Below are positions 1 to 9,372 of a stretch of 64,000 nucleotides of DNA, piece by piece. Each line of letters begins with the position of its first letter. Position 1 is the first letter of the stretch. The DNA comes from Candidatus Hydrothermarchaeota archaeon (GTDB lineage: Archaea; CAYFZR01), in NCBI GenBank assembly GCA_046760505.1, contig JBHIEG010000005.1:21868-85867 (forward strand), in the 5' to 3' direction. The notes below the pieces were generated by a model, which saw nothing but the letters and a program-made list of their open reading frames with translations, ran no database searches and was not told the DNA's origin. Both the position numbers and the translations under genes were made by a program.

Positions 1-1041
1 AATTATCATTATGTGAGAGGAAGTCTTTCTTGCATTTTCCATTATTTCTTCTATTCTATCATCTTTTCTCGATCTGAACTCCCTCAGAGTTCTATCGGAT
101 ACGATTAGTTTGTCTACGGCCCCATAGTTCACCGCCCTTTCTACTTCCTGCAAGCCGTATACTCCGAGACCTGTGCCCTTTCCTATTTCTTCGAGAAGAC
201 TTTCCACCACCTTGAATTCCTTGGATATACGATCATCCTTTATTACTCTATCTATCGCCCCCCTCTTTATTATTTCATGGACTCCCGGTTTCCCTGTGTT
301 ACTTGCTGGCTCGAGTTTAGAAATTTCGCTCAATTCCTTGTAGTTTTCAGATAAAAAGTTCAAGAAATCTTCCTTCATAAATCCCGGGCCACAGATTATT
401 ATTGCTTGTATCATCTCATTTTTTATCATTTCCCTTGTCATTTCACTTTCAGTTGATTTATTCTCTATTATTTTATTTTCCATCATTTTATTTGCTATTT
501 CCCTGAAAAATCCTTTCTTTGTGGTTGAAAATGACTTTTCGTCCATCTTCTTGCTAAGCCCTGAGTATATCTTACCAAGCGACTCTATACCATACTGGCG
601 GAAAATAAAAATCTCTGCCTCACTCTCATCTATGGTCACAACCATTATTAAAGGTCTTTTTGCCTCTATTTCCGCCTCTTTAAGCCTTTCTAATTGATCA
701 TTTTTCCAAGATTTTTCTATCGTAATAATGGTTCTCTCGGTTACATCCAGAGTATGGTGCTTTCCAAGGTCTGTGCCATGTTCTATTACTCCTAGAATTC
801 TTAAACGGTTTGAATGGGGATGAAAATCAACATTCTTTACCCTTATTCCGAGGTATACCAGTTTTTTTTCTGGTCTTTCTGTCCTTATCTTATTTTTAAT
901 AACTTCCTGATCCCTTCGATAAGACTTAGAAAAAACAAGGTCTCCACTTTCGATGATGTTCTGTAGGTGCCAGAGGTCATTTAAACTATCTATCCTGAGT
1001 TTGATCCTGCCCTTCTTTAGGTCTCGATGTATGATTTTCAT
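1..1041 (-). CDS. pelA: mRNA surveillance protein pelota (3' end runs off the window)
   Basis: Not in the ORF track. Manual translation from ATG 1041 gives MKIIHRDLKKGRIKLRIDSLNDLWHLQNIIESGDLV...FHPHSNRLRILGVI...GKHHTLDV, typical of pelota/Dom34; frame stays open to base 1. Confidence 0.93.
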   Translation of the reverse strand, partial: MKIIHRDLKKGRIKLRIDSLNDLWHLQNIIESGDLVFSKSYRRDQEVIKNKIRTERPEKKLVYLGIRVKNVDFHPHSNRLRILGVIEHGTDLGKHHTLDVTERTIITIEKSWKNDQLERLKEAEIEAKRPLIMVVTIDESEAEIFIFRQYGIESLGKIYSGLSKKMDEKSFSTTKKGFFREIANKMMENKIIENKSTESEMTREMIKNEMIQAIIICGPGFMKEDFLNFLSENYKELSEISKLEPASNTGKPGVHEIIKRGAIDRVIKDDRISKEFKVVESLLEEIGKGTGLGVYGLQEVERAVNYGAVDKLIVSDRTLREFRSRKDDRIEEIMENARKTSSHIMII

Positions 1042-1098
1042 ACGAGCACCATCGAAATCTATATTTAGTCTTATAATAATCTTCCCAGAGGGTCATAA

Positions 1099-1398
1099 GT
1101 GAATGAGTGCACCAAAGATATTAGAAAAGATGCTGAAGATTTGATTGAAAAGTTCAAAAAATCCAAAGGGGAAATGCCCTTTAACCTTTATGCAACCGTT
1201 AACATAGAGATAATCTGGAAAGAAGGGGACATTCACAATTGTATCTTAACCATCGACGCATGTGATCCTGATGAATTAAAGGCTATAACTGAAAACTTAA
1301 CTTCCTCTATCACTGGAGAAATCAAATTTTGTGAGGTTTTCATCGAGTACTATGACGAAAAAGAAGATAACTATATGGAATTCAGACTTCAAGACTGA
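1099..1398 (+). CDS. hypothetical acidic protein (99 aa)
   Basis: ORF fills the gap between divergent pelota and trpB2; no family recognised. Confidence 0.55.
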   Translation: MNECTKDIRKDAEDLIEKFKKSKGEMPFNLYATVNIEIIWKEGDIHNCILTIDACDPDELKAITENLTSSITGEIKFCEVFIEYYDEKEDNYMEFRLQD

Positions 1399-1420
1399 AC
1401 TCGCGTTATCTCAATATCAA

Positions 1421-1476
1421 CGTACAAATGTGTACTCAAAATACTTAAATATTGCACTGTACTACATAAATGGACA
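1421..1476 (+). promoter_or_regulatory. trpB2 promoter with TRP-box-like hexamers
   Basis: CGTACA (1421), TGTACT (1431), TGTACT (1458), TGGACA (1471) around a TTAAATA box; resembles TGTACA TrpY boxes. Confidence 0.4.
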
Positions 1477-1497
1477 TCATAATCGGAGGGAAGAGAA

Positions 1498-2826
1498 ATG
1501 TCGGTTGTAACTTTATCAATAGATGAAATGCCGAGAAAGTGGTACAACATCCTTCCAGATCTGCCAAGACCTCTAGATCCTCCAAAAGATCCTGATGAAG
1601 GCCCATCAAGAATGGCGAACTTGCCAAAAATCTTCCCGAAAGCCCTGTTGCAACAAGAAATGAGCATGGATCCATATATTGATATACCAGAGGAGATAGT
1701 AGAGATTTACTACAAAATAGGAAGACCCACCCCTCTTTATAGAGCAACGAGGCTCGAAAAATTTCTGAATACGCCCGCCAAGATATATCTCAAGAGAGAG
1801 GATCTTTCTCCTACAGGCAGTCATAAGTCAAACACTGCTGTAGCACAGGCATACTATGGAATGAAGGAAGGCGCAGAAAGATTGACCACAGAAACAGGTG
1901 CTGGACAGTGGGGATCTGCACTTTCCCTCGGATGCGCTCTGTTTGACCTTGAGTGTCTAGTTTATATGGTGAGAGTGAGTTACGAGCAGAAACCATATCG
2001 AAGAATTGTAATGCAGTTGTACGGTGCAGAAGTTGTCCCATCCCCGAGCGAGAGAACAGAGGCAGGCAGAAAGATATTGGCAGAAAATCCTGATCATCCA
2101 GGATCTTTGGGTATTGCCATCTCAGAAGCGGTGGAAACAGCCATAAATCACGATGAAACATTCTATTCTCTGGGAAGTGTATTGAATCACGTGCTACTTC
2201 ACCAAACAGTGATCGGACAGGAGTTGATAAAACAGTTTGAACTCCTCGATGAAACTCCTGATTTCATGGCAGGCTGTGTGGGAGGAGGAAGCAATTTCTC
2301 AGGATTTATGTTTCCTTTCATAGGCAAAAAGCTCAGGGGAGAATACGATGAAACAACGTTTATGGCGGTTGAGCCTAAAGCGGTGCCAACTCTAACTGGT
2401 GAGAAGATCTCGGTGTCTCAATACAGATACGACCACGGAGATACTGCAACGCTCACTCCCTTGTTGAAGATGTATACACTAGGTCATGATTTTGTACCTC
2501 CACCAATCCACAGCGGCGGACTGAGATACCATGGAGATGCTCCGATCCTATGTTTGCTAGTAAAAGAGGGATTAGTTAAGGCCAAGGCATATCATCAGAG
2601 CGAGATATTCAGAGCGGGTCAGATACTGGCAAAAACAGAGGGATTAGTAACAGCGCCAGAGACCTGTCATGCGCTTGCAGCTGTGATAGACGAGGCAAGA
2701 GAAGCGAAAAAGACAGGAGAGAAAAAAATCCTAGTGTACAATCATTCTGGACATGGATTGTTAGATCTCGCGGGATACGATGATTTTCTTTCTGGAAGGC
2801 TAAAAGACTACGAACCAACTAAGTAA
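1498..2826 (+). CDS. trpB2: stand-alone tryptophan synthase beta chain, TrpB2 type
   Basis: PLP lysine motif [45 protein letters not shown]. Confidence 0.95.
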   Translation: MSVVTLSIDEMPRKWYNILPDLPRPLDPPKDPDEGPSRMANLPKIFPKALLQQEMSMDPYIDIPEEIVEIYYKIGRPTPLYRATRLEKFLNTPAKIYLKREDLSPTGSHKSNTAVAQAYYGMKEGAERLTTETGAGQWGSALSLGCALFDLECLVYMVRVSYEQKPYRRIVMQLYGAEVVPSPSERTEAGRKILAENPDHPGSLGIAISEAVETAINHDETFYSLGSVLNHVLLHQTVIGQELIKQFELLDETPDFMAGCVGGGSNFSGFMFPFIGKKLRGEYDETTFMAVEPKAVPTLTGEKISVSQYRYDHGDTATLTPLLKMYTLGHDFVPPPIHSGGLRYHGDAPILCLLVKEGLVKAKAYHQSEIFRAGQILAKTEGLVTAPETCHALAAVIDEAREAKKTGEKKILVYNHSGHGLLDLAGYDDFLSGRLKDYEPTK

Positions 2827-2856
2827 GGGCTTTTGTACTATTTTTTATTCCCTTTC

Positions 2857-3828
2857 TCAATCCATTTCTATACCATAGACACAAGAATGATTACCTTTTT
2901 TTGTGCAGGCAATTTCTTTGACCTTAACATCTTCTCCCGTAGCTGTAGATAGTGCGGAGGCAAAAAAACTGGCATTCCAAACACAATATCTTGAGTCGAC
3001 TTCTGTCTTGGGTATAGTGGAACAGAGCCAGCAGTCCTCAACCACAAAAGTATTGCCATCCACGCTTACTTTGCCCAACCCGAGTTCATTGGAGACATCT
3101 GCTAACATTGAAATAGATTCTTTGGGGTCTTTTTCCAGTGATCTCCCCACGTTCTGACCTACTATTATGGCTCCAGTTCTGAGCACGGATCCCGCCCTGC
3201 CTACGCCAAGCTGCCTAACAACTGAAGCACCGATCATGTGTCCTAGGTGAATTGGACTTCTTACATCCTTAACCTTGTTGAACGTGGAGAAGTAAGTCTT
3301 TATGAGTTTATCAGCATCATTCATTGTGTACTCAATGGGCTTTATTAGAAGATCCTTTATACTTCTTGATGGGGAGAAAACAAACCTACATTCATCCTCT
3401 CCTTTTGCTATACACTTTTCTTCCACAACGCTGTAGTTCTTGCCAGTAGCCCCCTTCAAGATATATTGAAGTAAAATTCTTGTGGTACTGCACATGGGTT
3501 TTTCCATAGAATTCTCAAAACTTAAACATTCATGACAGTTTCCAGTGGTTGCGAAGCCTAATTGGTCAAACTCCAAATCGAAGACTTTGAGCGCCTCATT
3601 AAAGGTCGTTTCTGAACTTAGAATACCCTTCCCAATATGCTCGCTTACCTGTCTCAAAATTGGGTGACATCCTCCACCCATATTCTTTATTACACCAACG
3701 TAAACCCCTGTATTCACCGCAAGGCTCATAGAATCTCCGATCTTTCTAGTCTCTTTCTGGTCACAGAGTTCAGATAGCTTTTCCGCTATCTCCTCCATAG
3801 CATCTACAGATATCCTTTGCCAGTCCAT
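2857..3828 (-). CDS. tandem V4R-domain protein
   Basis: Two Cys-rich V4R signatures: CHEC..PMC..EEKCIAKGEDECRF and DCWLC..YC..EIACTKKGNHSCVY. Confidence 0.82.
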   Translation of the reverse strand: MDWQRISVDAMEEIAEKLSELCDQKETRKIGDSMSLAVNTGVYVGVIKNMGGGCHPILRQVSEHIGKGILSSETTFNEALKVFDLEFDQLGFATTGNCHECLSFENSMEKPMCSTTRILLQYILKGATGKNYSVVEEKCIAKGEDECRFVFSPSRSIKDLLIKPIEYTMNDADKLIKTYFSTFNKVKDVRSPIHLGHMIGASVVRQLGVGRAGSVLRTGAIIVGQNVGRSLEKDPKESISMLADVSNELGLGKVSVDGNTFVVEDCWLCSTIPKTEVDSRYCVWNASFFASALSTATGEDVKVKEIACTKKGNHSCVYGIEMD

Positions 3829-3837
3829 TAGAGGGCC

Positions 3838-4209
3838 TCACAGCAGTGCGCTGAGTTCGGGAACAATCTTATTCATCTGCATTCTTATGTAGCCCAAGTT
3901 GGCCGAGGTATCAGCAAGAACTCCCAGCACAGCTGAATCATCAACCGAAATTAAGAAAACATTTCCATTCTCACCCTCCGCGATAACAAACTTCACGGCA
4001 CCCTGCTTTAACTCTTCAAAAGAAACTGAAAGGGCACCATAAGAGGCTGAGAGTGTTGCGCCTGCATCATCTTTACTTATGTTCTTTGGGAGGACTTCTG
4101 CTATTATAAATCCATCCATACTCACCAAGAAAGATCCTTTTACGCCTGAGATATCATTCAGCTTCGATATTATTCTCTCTATCTCGGCTACCAACCCATA
4201 CACCTCCAC
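3838..4209 (-). CDS. Roadblock/LC7 (MglB-like) protein
   Basis: GVKGSFLVSMDGFIIAE...ELKQG...VIAEGENG...ANLGYIRMQM pattern; true start may be the TTG after GGAGGTG. Confidence 0.88.
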   Translation of the reverse strand: MEVYGLVAEIERIISKLNDISGVKGSFLVSMDGFIIAEVLPKNISKDDAGATLSASYGALSVSFEELKQGAVKFVIAEGENGNVFLISVDDSAVLGVLADTSANLGYIRMQMNKIVPELSALL

Positions 4210-4666
4210 TCAGTATTCTATCTATTTCCTCCTCCGTAGGTTCCTTTATCTTGTACTTCTTAAGAAGAGCTTCTCGGAGAGCCTCTCTTTCACTTTCGAT
4301 CGGACATAGATCCACTCCAGACTCGCTTATCAAATGGTCCTTGTAGTACTCGTTGATCAGGCCTATTTCCGAGTCAGAATACTCGAACAATTCAATCCTT
4401 ATATTGTTCCATCTTCGACTCGAAAGTTTCTTTATAAAATCAATGCCTTTTCCCTCTTCACCTTCTCTCAAAAATTTTCCAACCGCAAGAATTGCCTTAC
4501 CATCTTTAAGAACTACCTGACATCTTACCGACTGATCTGGACTTCTTAGGTAAGCATCGACAAGTCCGGTAAATTTCTTGCAAGAAATCTCTTGTAAATA
4601 CAAAAGCAAGTTACTATCCTTCGCTTGGTAAGTTTCTTCTAGCCTAACACCTTTTGGGAGTAACAT
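4154..4666 (-). CDS. DUF2226-like archaeal protein
   Basis: N-terminal MLLPKG, FTG motif and C-terminal REALLKKYKIKEPTEEEID resemble DUF2226. Confidence 0.65.
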   Translation of the reverse strand: MLLPKGVRLEETYQAKDSNLLLYLQEISCKKFTGLVDAYLRSPDQSVRCQVVLKDGKAILAVGKFLREGEEGKGIDFIKKLSSRRWNNIRIELFEYSDSEIGLINEYYKDHLISESGVDLCPIESEREALREALLKKYKIKEPTEEEIDRILSGGVWVGSRDRENNIEAE

Positions 4667-4688
4667 GAAAACCCTTCCTCAACCATTC

Positions 4689-4729
4689 AGCCTTAATTAA
4701 AATAAATTATAAGGCTCCGTATATAAAAA
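4689..4729 (-). promoter_or_regulatory. TATA box plus palindromic operator candidate of the DUF2226/Roadblock/V4R operon
   Basis: Minus-strand TTTTTATATA (4720-4729) followed 3 bp later by AGCCTTA-N14-TAAGGCT (4689-4716). Confidence 0.5.
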
Positions 4730-4813
4730 TTCTTCCGTAACGAAATTTATTAAATAATTTCAAATTTAGAAGTTAAGTCGTGGACGATCAACAAAAATTT
4801 TAATTAAAAAAGA

Positions 4814-5050
4814 TTAAAATAAGTGAAATATTGGATAATACCTACTATTTCTTAAAAAAACTAAGTTTTTTTCTTCTAATTTGTCCAAGGCCTTTTTAAT
4901 GGAATCTTCTTTTAATTCTGTTTCGTTTTTAATTTCTGATTGGCTGATTCCTCTAGATCTGTTGCTCAGAATACAGTTGTAAACAACTCTCTCGGTTACC
5001 GTCAAACTTCCTGAGAGGGGGATTCTTATTCTCTCATCCATCATGATCAC
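4814..5050 (-). CDS. small winged-helix DNA-binding protein
   Basis: LTVTERVVYNCI...GISQSEIKNETELKEDSIKKALDKLEEKNLV wHTH pattern; overlaps the rqcH stop. Confidence 0.75.
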   Translation of the reverse strand: MIMMDERIRIPLSGSLTVTERVVYNCILSNRSRGISQSEIKNETELKEDSIKKALDKLEEKNLVFLRNSRYYPIFHLF

Positions 5051-6962
5051 ATATACTTGAGTTTCCAGGTATTGCCTGCATTATCTCATCTAGATCTCCA
5101 TTTATCCTGTTTTTAATAATCTTTGCGATTTCGTTCTTTGGAGTGTCACCGGGCTCTATGACAACAAAGTTTTTTGTTTTGCTGGCAACGGATGATAAAG
5201 GACCGTATATTATCTTATCGTTAACTCTTCCAATGGCAATTTTAAGGTCCACAGATAGATAATTTCTTTTTCCGTATATCATGAATCCTCCTTTTGGGAT
5301 GTATTCTCCGGATGGCGCCTCCTTTGAAACCTGATCAGGGTATACCCAGTAAACTTCTGTCCCATGAAAACCCATCTTCCAGGCATTTGAATAACAAGCA
5401 GCGAATATTGCTGCCTCTTTCATTGATTGCTCTGATGGCTCTTTTCCTTTTGTCTTAAGTATCACGTGGGGGGCTCCGCTTATATTAGCATGAAAATAAC
5501 GGTCTGAAGGTTCCATATGTCTTTTTACGACTTTTTCATTGCTTTTGGCATCTTTTCCCCCTATTACAAGAAATCCCTCCGAAGTGAAAAACCACCTGTA
5601 TTGCTCATACCACTTTTTCTTTCTTACTTTTTTCTCTTTGGGCATTTTAATCTCTACAGGGACTTCTTCTTTTTTTGCATACTCTATGAGCTTTTTTGTT
5701 TCTTCTATTGCTTTTTTGGCGCCCTCTATCTTTTCTTTGGCTTTTTTAGCCTTTTTATAGTGTACTTCGGCATTTTCAGGTAGAGTTTTTTTCAAGTCTA
5801 TTTCCACTTCATCTTCTAAATCCAAGTAAATTTTCCCTGTTTTGAGATCTATTCTCTTTAAAATCTGTAGTTCCTTGTTTTTTTCTTTGCTTGATTCAAT
5901 AGCAGCTAGTATATCTTCCCATGAATATCCTTTATCCCTCGCCTCTTTAAGCATATTCAATATGTTCTCTATGATGTGATAATTAGCGTATATTAAATCT
6001 CCCAATTTTTTCTCTTTGATAGCAACTTTTTCCAAATTTTTCAATGTCTCTTCTTGTTCATTTAGCCTTATATACAATTTAGCCAGTTTATTTTCCTTTA
6101 AATCATAAGTTTTTTTATCCAAGATTTCTATTTCAGTTTTTGTAAAGAAATCGTCCAGTGCTTGATTGAAAGATTCGTAATATACAAGTTTTTTCCCTTC
6201 ATAGACTTCTAAGGGGAAAGGTAAAACATCTATTAGGTTTCCATTTTCAATTACCATAACTGGTCTTGGATTTTCAAGTTTGCTTATCAAATTTCTGAAT
6301 GATAGGTACAATTTTTCTATATCGTTGTCTTCTAGTTCTTCTCCAAGAATATTTTTCTCCAATCCAGCGATTTTACATACTTCTTCTGCATATATGCCAC
6401 TCAAATTTAGTTTTCTCGCCAGCAATCTCACTGTTTCAATAGGCTCGTTTAACAATTCTTTTAGATCTTCCTTGCTTATGGAGAAAATATCAATACCTGA
6501 AGGTGGGTATTCATAGATTTCTCCACTTATAACATTTCTATGTCTCCATTTTTGCGGAAATAGAGGTCTTATAATTTTTTTAGAACTATCCAATAAAATA
6601 AGATTGCCCTTTCCAAATATTTCAAATACAAGCGTGTAGTTTTCTTTATGAGATAGATCAAACTCTAAAATCCTGTCGAAGTTGTGTTGCCTTATATCGG
6701 CGATTATTGAATTACCTACGTATTTCCTTAGGAACATAGCAAAGTTTGAGGGCCTTTCAGGGTTTTCTCTGGGGTATTTTGTTATGTGGGCTCTTTTTCC
6801 AAGTGTAAAGACAAAATCTATAGTTCCTTGAGGTGATTTGTGCAATTTGAATGTGAATTCTTCAGGGAGCGGCTGATAGATTTTAACTATCCTACCGCCT
6901 TCTAGCCATTTTAATTCTCTTACCAATACACTTATATCAACGTTAGTCATCTCTTTTTTCAT
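5034..6962 (-). CDS. rqcH: ribosome quality control protein Rqc2/RqcH (NFACT family)
   Basis: MKKEMTNVDI start, FAMFLRKY, FDRI, EIFGKGN, WYEQYRWF, GGKDAKSNE, SGEYIPKGGFMIYG; start trimmed from 7055. Confidence 0.93.
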   Translation of the reverse strand: MKKEMTNVDISVLVRELKWLEGGRIVKIYQPLPEEFTFKLHKSPQGTIDFVFTLGKRAHITKYPRENPERPSNFAMFLRKYVGNSIIADIRQHNFDRILEFDLSHKENYTLVFEIFGKGNLILLDSSKKIIRPLFPQKWRHRNVISGEIYEYPPSGIDIFSISKEDLKELLNEPIETVRLLARKLNLSGIYAEEVCKIAGLEKNILGEELEDNDIEKLYLSFRNLISKLENPRPVMVIENGNLIDVLPFPLEVYEGKKLVYYESFNQALDDFFTKTEIEILDKKTYDLKENKLAKLYIRLNEQEETLKNLEKVAIKEKKLGDLIYANYHIIENILNMLKEARDKGYSWEDILAAIESSKEKNKELQILKRIDLKTGKIYLDLEDEVEIDLKKTLPENAEVHYKKAKKAKEKIEGAKKAIEETKKLIEYAKKEEVPVEIKMPKEKKVRKKKWYEQYRWFFTSEGFLVIGGKDAKSNEKVVKRHMEPSDRYFHANISGAPHVILKTKGKEPSEQSMKEAAIFAACYSNAWKMGFHGTEVYWVYPDQVSKEAPSGEYIPKGGFMIYGKRNYLSVDLKIAIGRVNDKIIYGPLSSVASKTKNFVVIEPGDTPKNEIAKIIKNRINGDLDEIMQAIPGNSSICDHDG

Positions 6963-6982
6963 ATTCTTCATGGTGAACACAC

Positions 6983-7234
6983 ATGGATAACGAAAGTAAA
7001 GCTGCGATGGTCTATATGTTGTTTGGTGTGTTATCTGGTATATTAAGTTGGGCACTCGTGCTGGGAGTACTCTTTGCTCCTGTGATATTGGTGCTTGTGG
7101 GTAGATTAAATGAGAAAATACTCAAGATAACGGTAGAAGACATCGGAGGCTCCAAGGGCTGGTTTGGAAACTGTTTCGTTCCTTTTGTTCTTTTATGGTT
7201 GTTTACGTGGATTCTGTTATTTAATCTCTTTTGA
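6983..7234 (+). CDS. small membrane protein, archaeal EMC6-like (DUF5379-like)
   Basis: Three hydrophobic segments ending GNCFVPFVLLWLFTWILLFN; directly upstream of ABCE1. Confidence 0.6.
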   Translation: MDNESKAAMVYMLFGVLSGILSWALVLGVLFAPVILVLVGRLNEKILKITVEDIGGSKGWFGNCFVPFVLLWLFTWILLFNLF

Positions 7235-7245
7235 GGTTCGTTTTT

Positions 7246-9018
7246 ATGAGAATCGCCGTTTTAGATAAAGATACCTGTCAACCAAAGAAATGCTCATACG
7301 AGTGCGTAAAGTACTGTCCTGGAGTGAGGATGAAAGAAGAAACGGTGATAATCGACGAAAAAACAGGAAAGCCTATAATATCAGAGGAACTTTGCTCGGG
7401 CTGTGGAATATGCATTAAAAGATGTCCTTTTGAGTCTATAACTGTTATAAATCTTCCAGAAGAACTTGAAGAGGAAAGCATCCACAGATACGGGTTAAAT
7501 CAATTTAAGCTGTATGGTCTTCCATATCCACTTGAATCTGGCGTAGTCGGCTTGATAGGTCCTAATGGCATTGGAAAAACAACCGCCATAAATATTCTAT
7601 CTGGGGAGATAAAGCCGAATCTCGGTAGATTCGAGGACCCTCCTGACTGGGACGAAGTAATCCTTTCTTTCAGAGGATCAGAAATCCAAAAATACCTTGA
7701 AAATCTCTCAAAAGGCAAAATAAAAGCAATACACAAACCACAGTATATAGAAGGACTCTCAAGGGCAGTATCTGGATGTGTGAAGGATCTTTTAAAAAAT
7801 ATTGACGAGAGAGATCAATTGAAAAACTTAATCGAAATGCTAGATCTGGAAAGTTTTCTGAATAAGGACATCAAAGAATTAAGTGGAGGAGAATTACAGA
7901 GAGTAGCGATATCTGCTTGTTTATTAAAAGAAGGGGATGTATATCTCATTGATGAGCCTTCAAGTTATTTAGACGTGAGACAAAGGGTGAACGTGGCGAG
8001 AGCAATACAAGAACTTGCTAAGGAAAAGATGGTCGTTGTTGTGGAGCACGATCTTGTAATTTTAGACTGGATATGCGACTACGTGCAAATTCTCTATGGA
8101 AAGCCAGGCGTCTATGGTATTATTACCCACCCCAAGAGCGTCAGGGTAGGGATAAACGAATACCTAGAGGGATATTTAAGAGAAGAGAACGTGAGATTCA
8201 GAAAGGAAAGAGTTACTTTTGAGATTAGACCACCTTCTCGTCCAACAGAAGGAGAAGAGTTGCTCACTTATCCAAAATTAACAAAAAAATATGATGGTTT
8301 CTCTCTTAAATGTAATGCTGGTTCCTTGATCAAAAGAGAAATAGTGGGTGTATTGGGTCCTAATGCAATTGGAAAAACAACGTTCGTAAAGATGCTTGCA
8401 GGGGTTTTAAAGCCCTCTACAGGCACTTTAGATTTAAACATTAAGGTATCATACAAGCCCCAGTACCTCTCGCCAGAGTATGAAGAAACCGTATTAGAAT
8501 TATTATCTAAGGTAACGAAAGAGTTTGGAACGAGTAGATATGAGAATGAAATACTCAAACCTCTGCAACTTGAAAAACTGTTAAACCAGCGAATAAACGA
8601 GCTCAGCGGAGGAGAACTACAAAGGGTTGCAATTGCCCTGTGCCTCTCAAGGGAAGCGGATATTTACCTTCTGGATGAACCAAGCGCATATCTTGATGTG
8701 GAGCAGAGAATTTCGCTGACAAAAATGTTGAGGAGACTGATGGAACAAAGAGAAAAAACTGCTTTGGTCGTAGATCACGACGTGTTGCTGATAGATTATC
8801 TCTCGGATAGGATAATGATTTTTGATGGATATCCTGGAATTCAGGGTGAATCTATCGGACCGTTAGAAAAAAGAGACGGCATGAATCATTTTTTGAGAAA
8901 AATGAACATTACATTTAGAAGAGACAAAGAAACCGGGAGACCTAGAATAAACAAAGAGGGCTCAAAACTTGACAGAGAACAGAAGATGGCGGGAGAGTAC
9001 TACTACGTTATTTCATGA
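7246..9018 (+). CDS. rli: ribosome recycling ATPase ABCE1/Rli1
   Basis: N-terminal two Fe-S cluster Cys pattern, two ABC domains (GPNGIGKTT, GPNAIGKTT, LSGGELQRVAI), RPRINK hinge. Confidence 0.97.
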   Translation: MRIAVLDKDTCQPKKCSYECVKYCPGVRMKEETVIIDEKTGKPIISEELCSGCGICIKRCPFESITVINLPEELEEESIHRYGLNQFKLYGLPYPLESGVVGLIGPNGIGKTTAINILSGEIKPNLGRFEDPPDWDEVILSFRGSEIQKYLENLSKGKIKAIHKPQYIEGLSRAVSGCVKDLLKNIDERDQLKNLIEMLDLESFLNKDIKELSGGELQRVAISACLLKEGDVYLIDEPSSYLDVRQRVNVARAIQELAKEKMVVVVEHDLVILDWICDYVQILYGKPGVYGIITHPKSVRVGINEYLEGYLREENVRFRKERVTFEIRPPSRPTEGEELLTYPKLTKKYDGFSLKCNAGSLIKREIVGVLGPNAIGKTTFVKMLAGVLKPSTGTLDLNIKVSYKPQYLSPEYEETVLELLSKVTKEFGTSRYENEILKPLQLEKLLNQRINELSGGELQRVAIALCLSREADIYLLDEPSAYLDVEQRISLTKMLRRLMEQREKTALVVDHDVLLIDYLSDRIMIFDGYPGIQGESIGPLEKRDGMNHFLRKMNITFRRDKETGRPRINKEGSKLDREQKMAGEYYYVIS

Positions 9019-9023
9019 GAAAA

Positions 9024-9320
9024 TTAAGTTGTTAGCCAGTATGAAAACAGGATCCCTATTATGAACATTATGGCGTTGAACTCGCCAGCAAGAACGAATG
9101 CTACGCTAAAAACGATTATCGAGAAAATCATGAAGATTATTTTTGCCTTATAACCTAAATCTGTGGTTTCGAAGCTAAAACTCTTGGATAGAATTGATAC
9201 GATAACTCTTCTTAAAAAAACACCCGTCACTATACCTACCGCGATACTTACTAGGGGCCCTATCAGGGCTAGTGAGTAATACGCTAGGGCATCCAGTATG
9301 TTGGGCAAAGTTTCCACCAA
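9024..9320 (-). CDS. hypothetical membrane protein
   Basis: About three hydrophobic segments; fills the gap between ABCE1 and apgM. Confidence 0.55.
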   Translation of the reverse strand: MVETLPNILDALAYYSLALIGPLVSIAVGIVTGVFLRRVIVSILSKSFSFETTDLGYKAKIIFMIFSIIVFSVAFVLAGEFNAIMFIIGILFSYWLTT

Positions 9321-9372
9321 TCCAATGAAAAAATGAAAACCATTATAAACCTTTGCATCGATGTTGATGCAA

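Noticed and set aside
6963-7055. Long N-terminal extensions given for rqcH (also hisA to 61597 and serA from 23186)
   Set aside because: They overlap neighbouring genes or promoters; family-typical starts lie downstream
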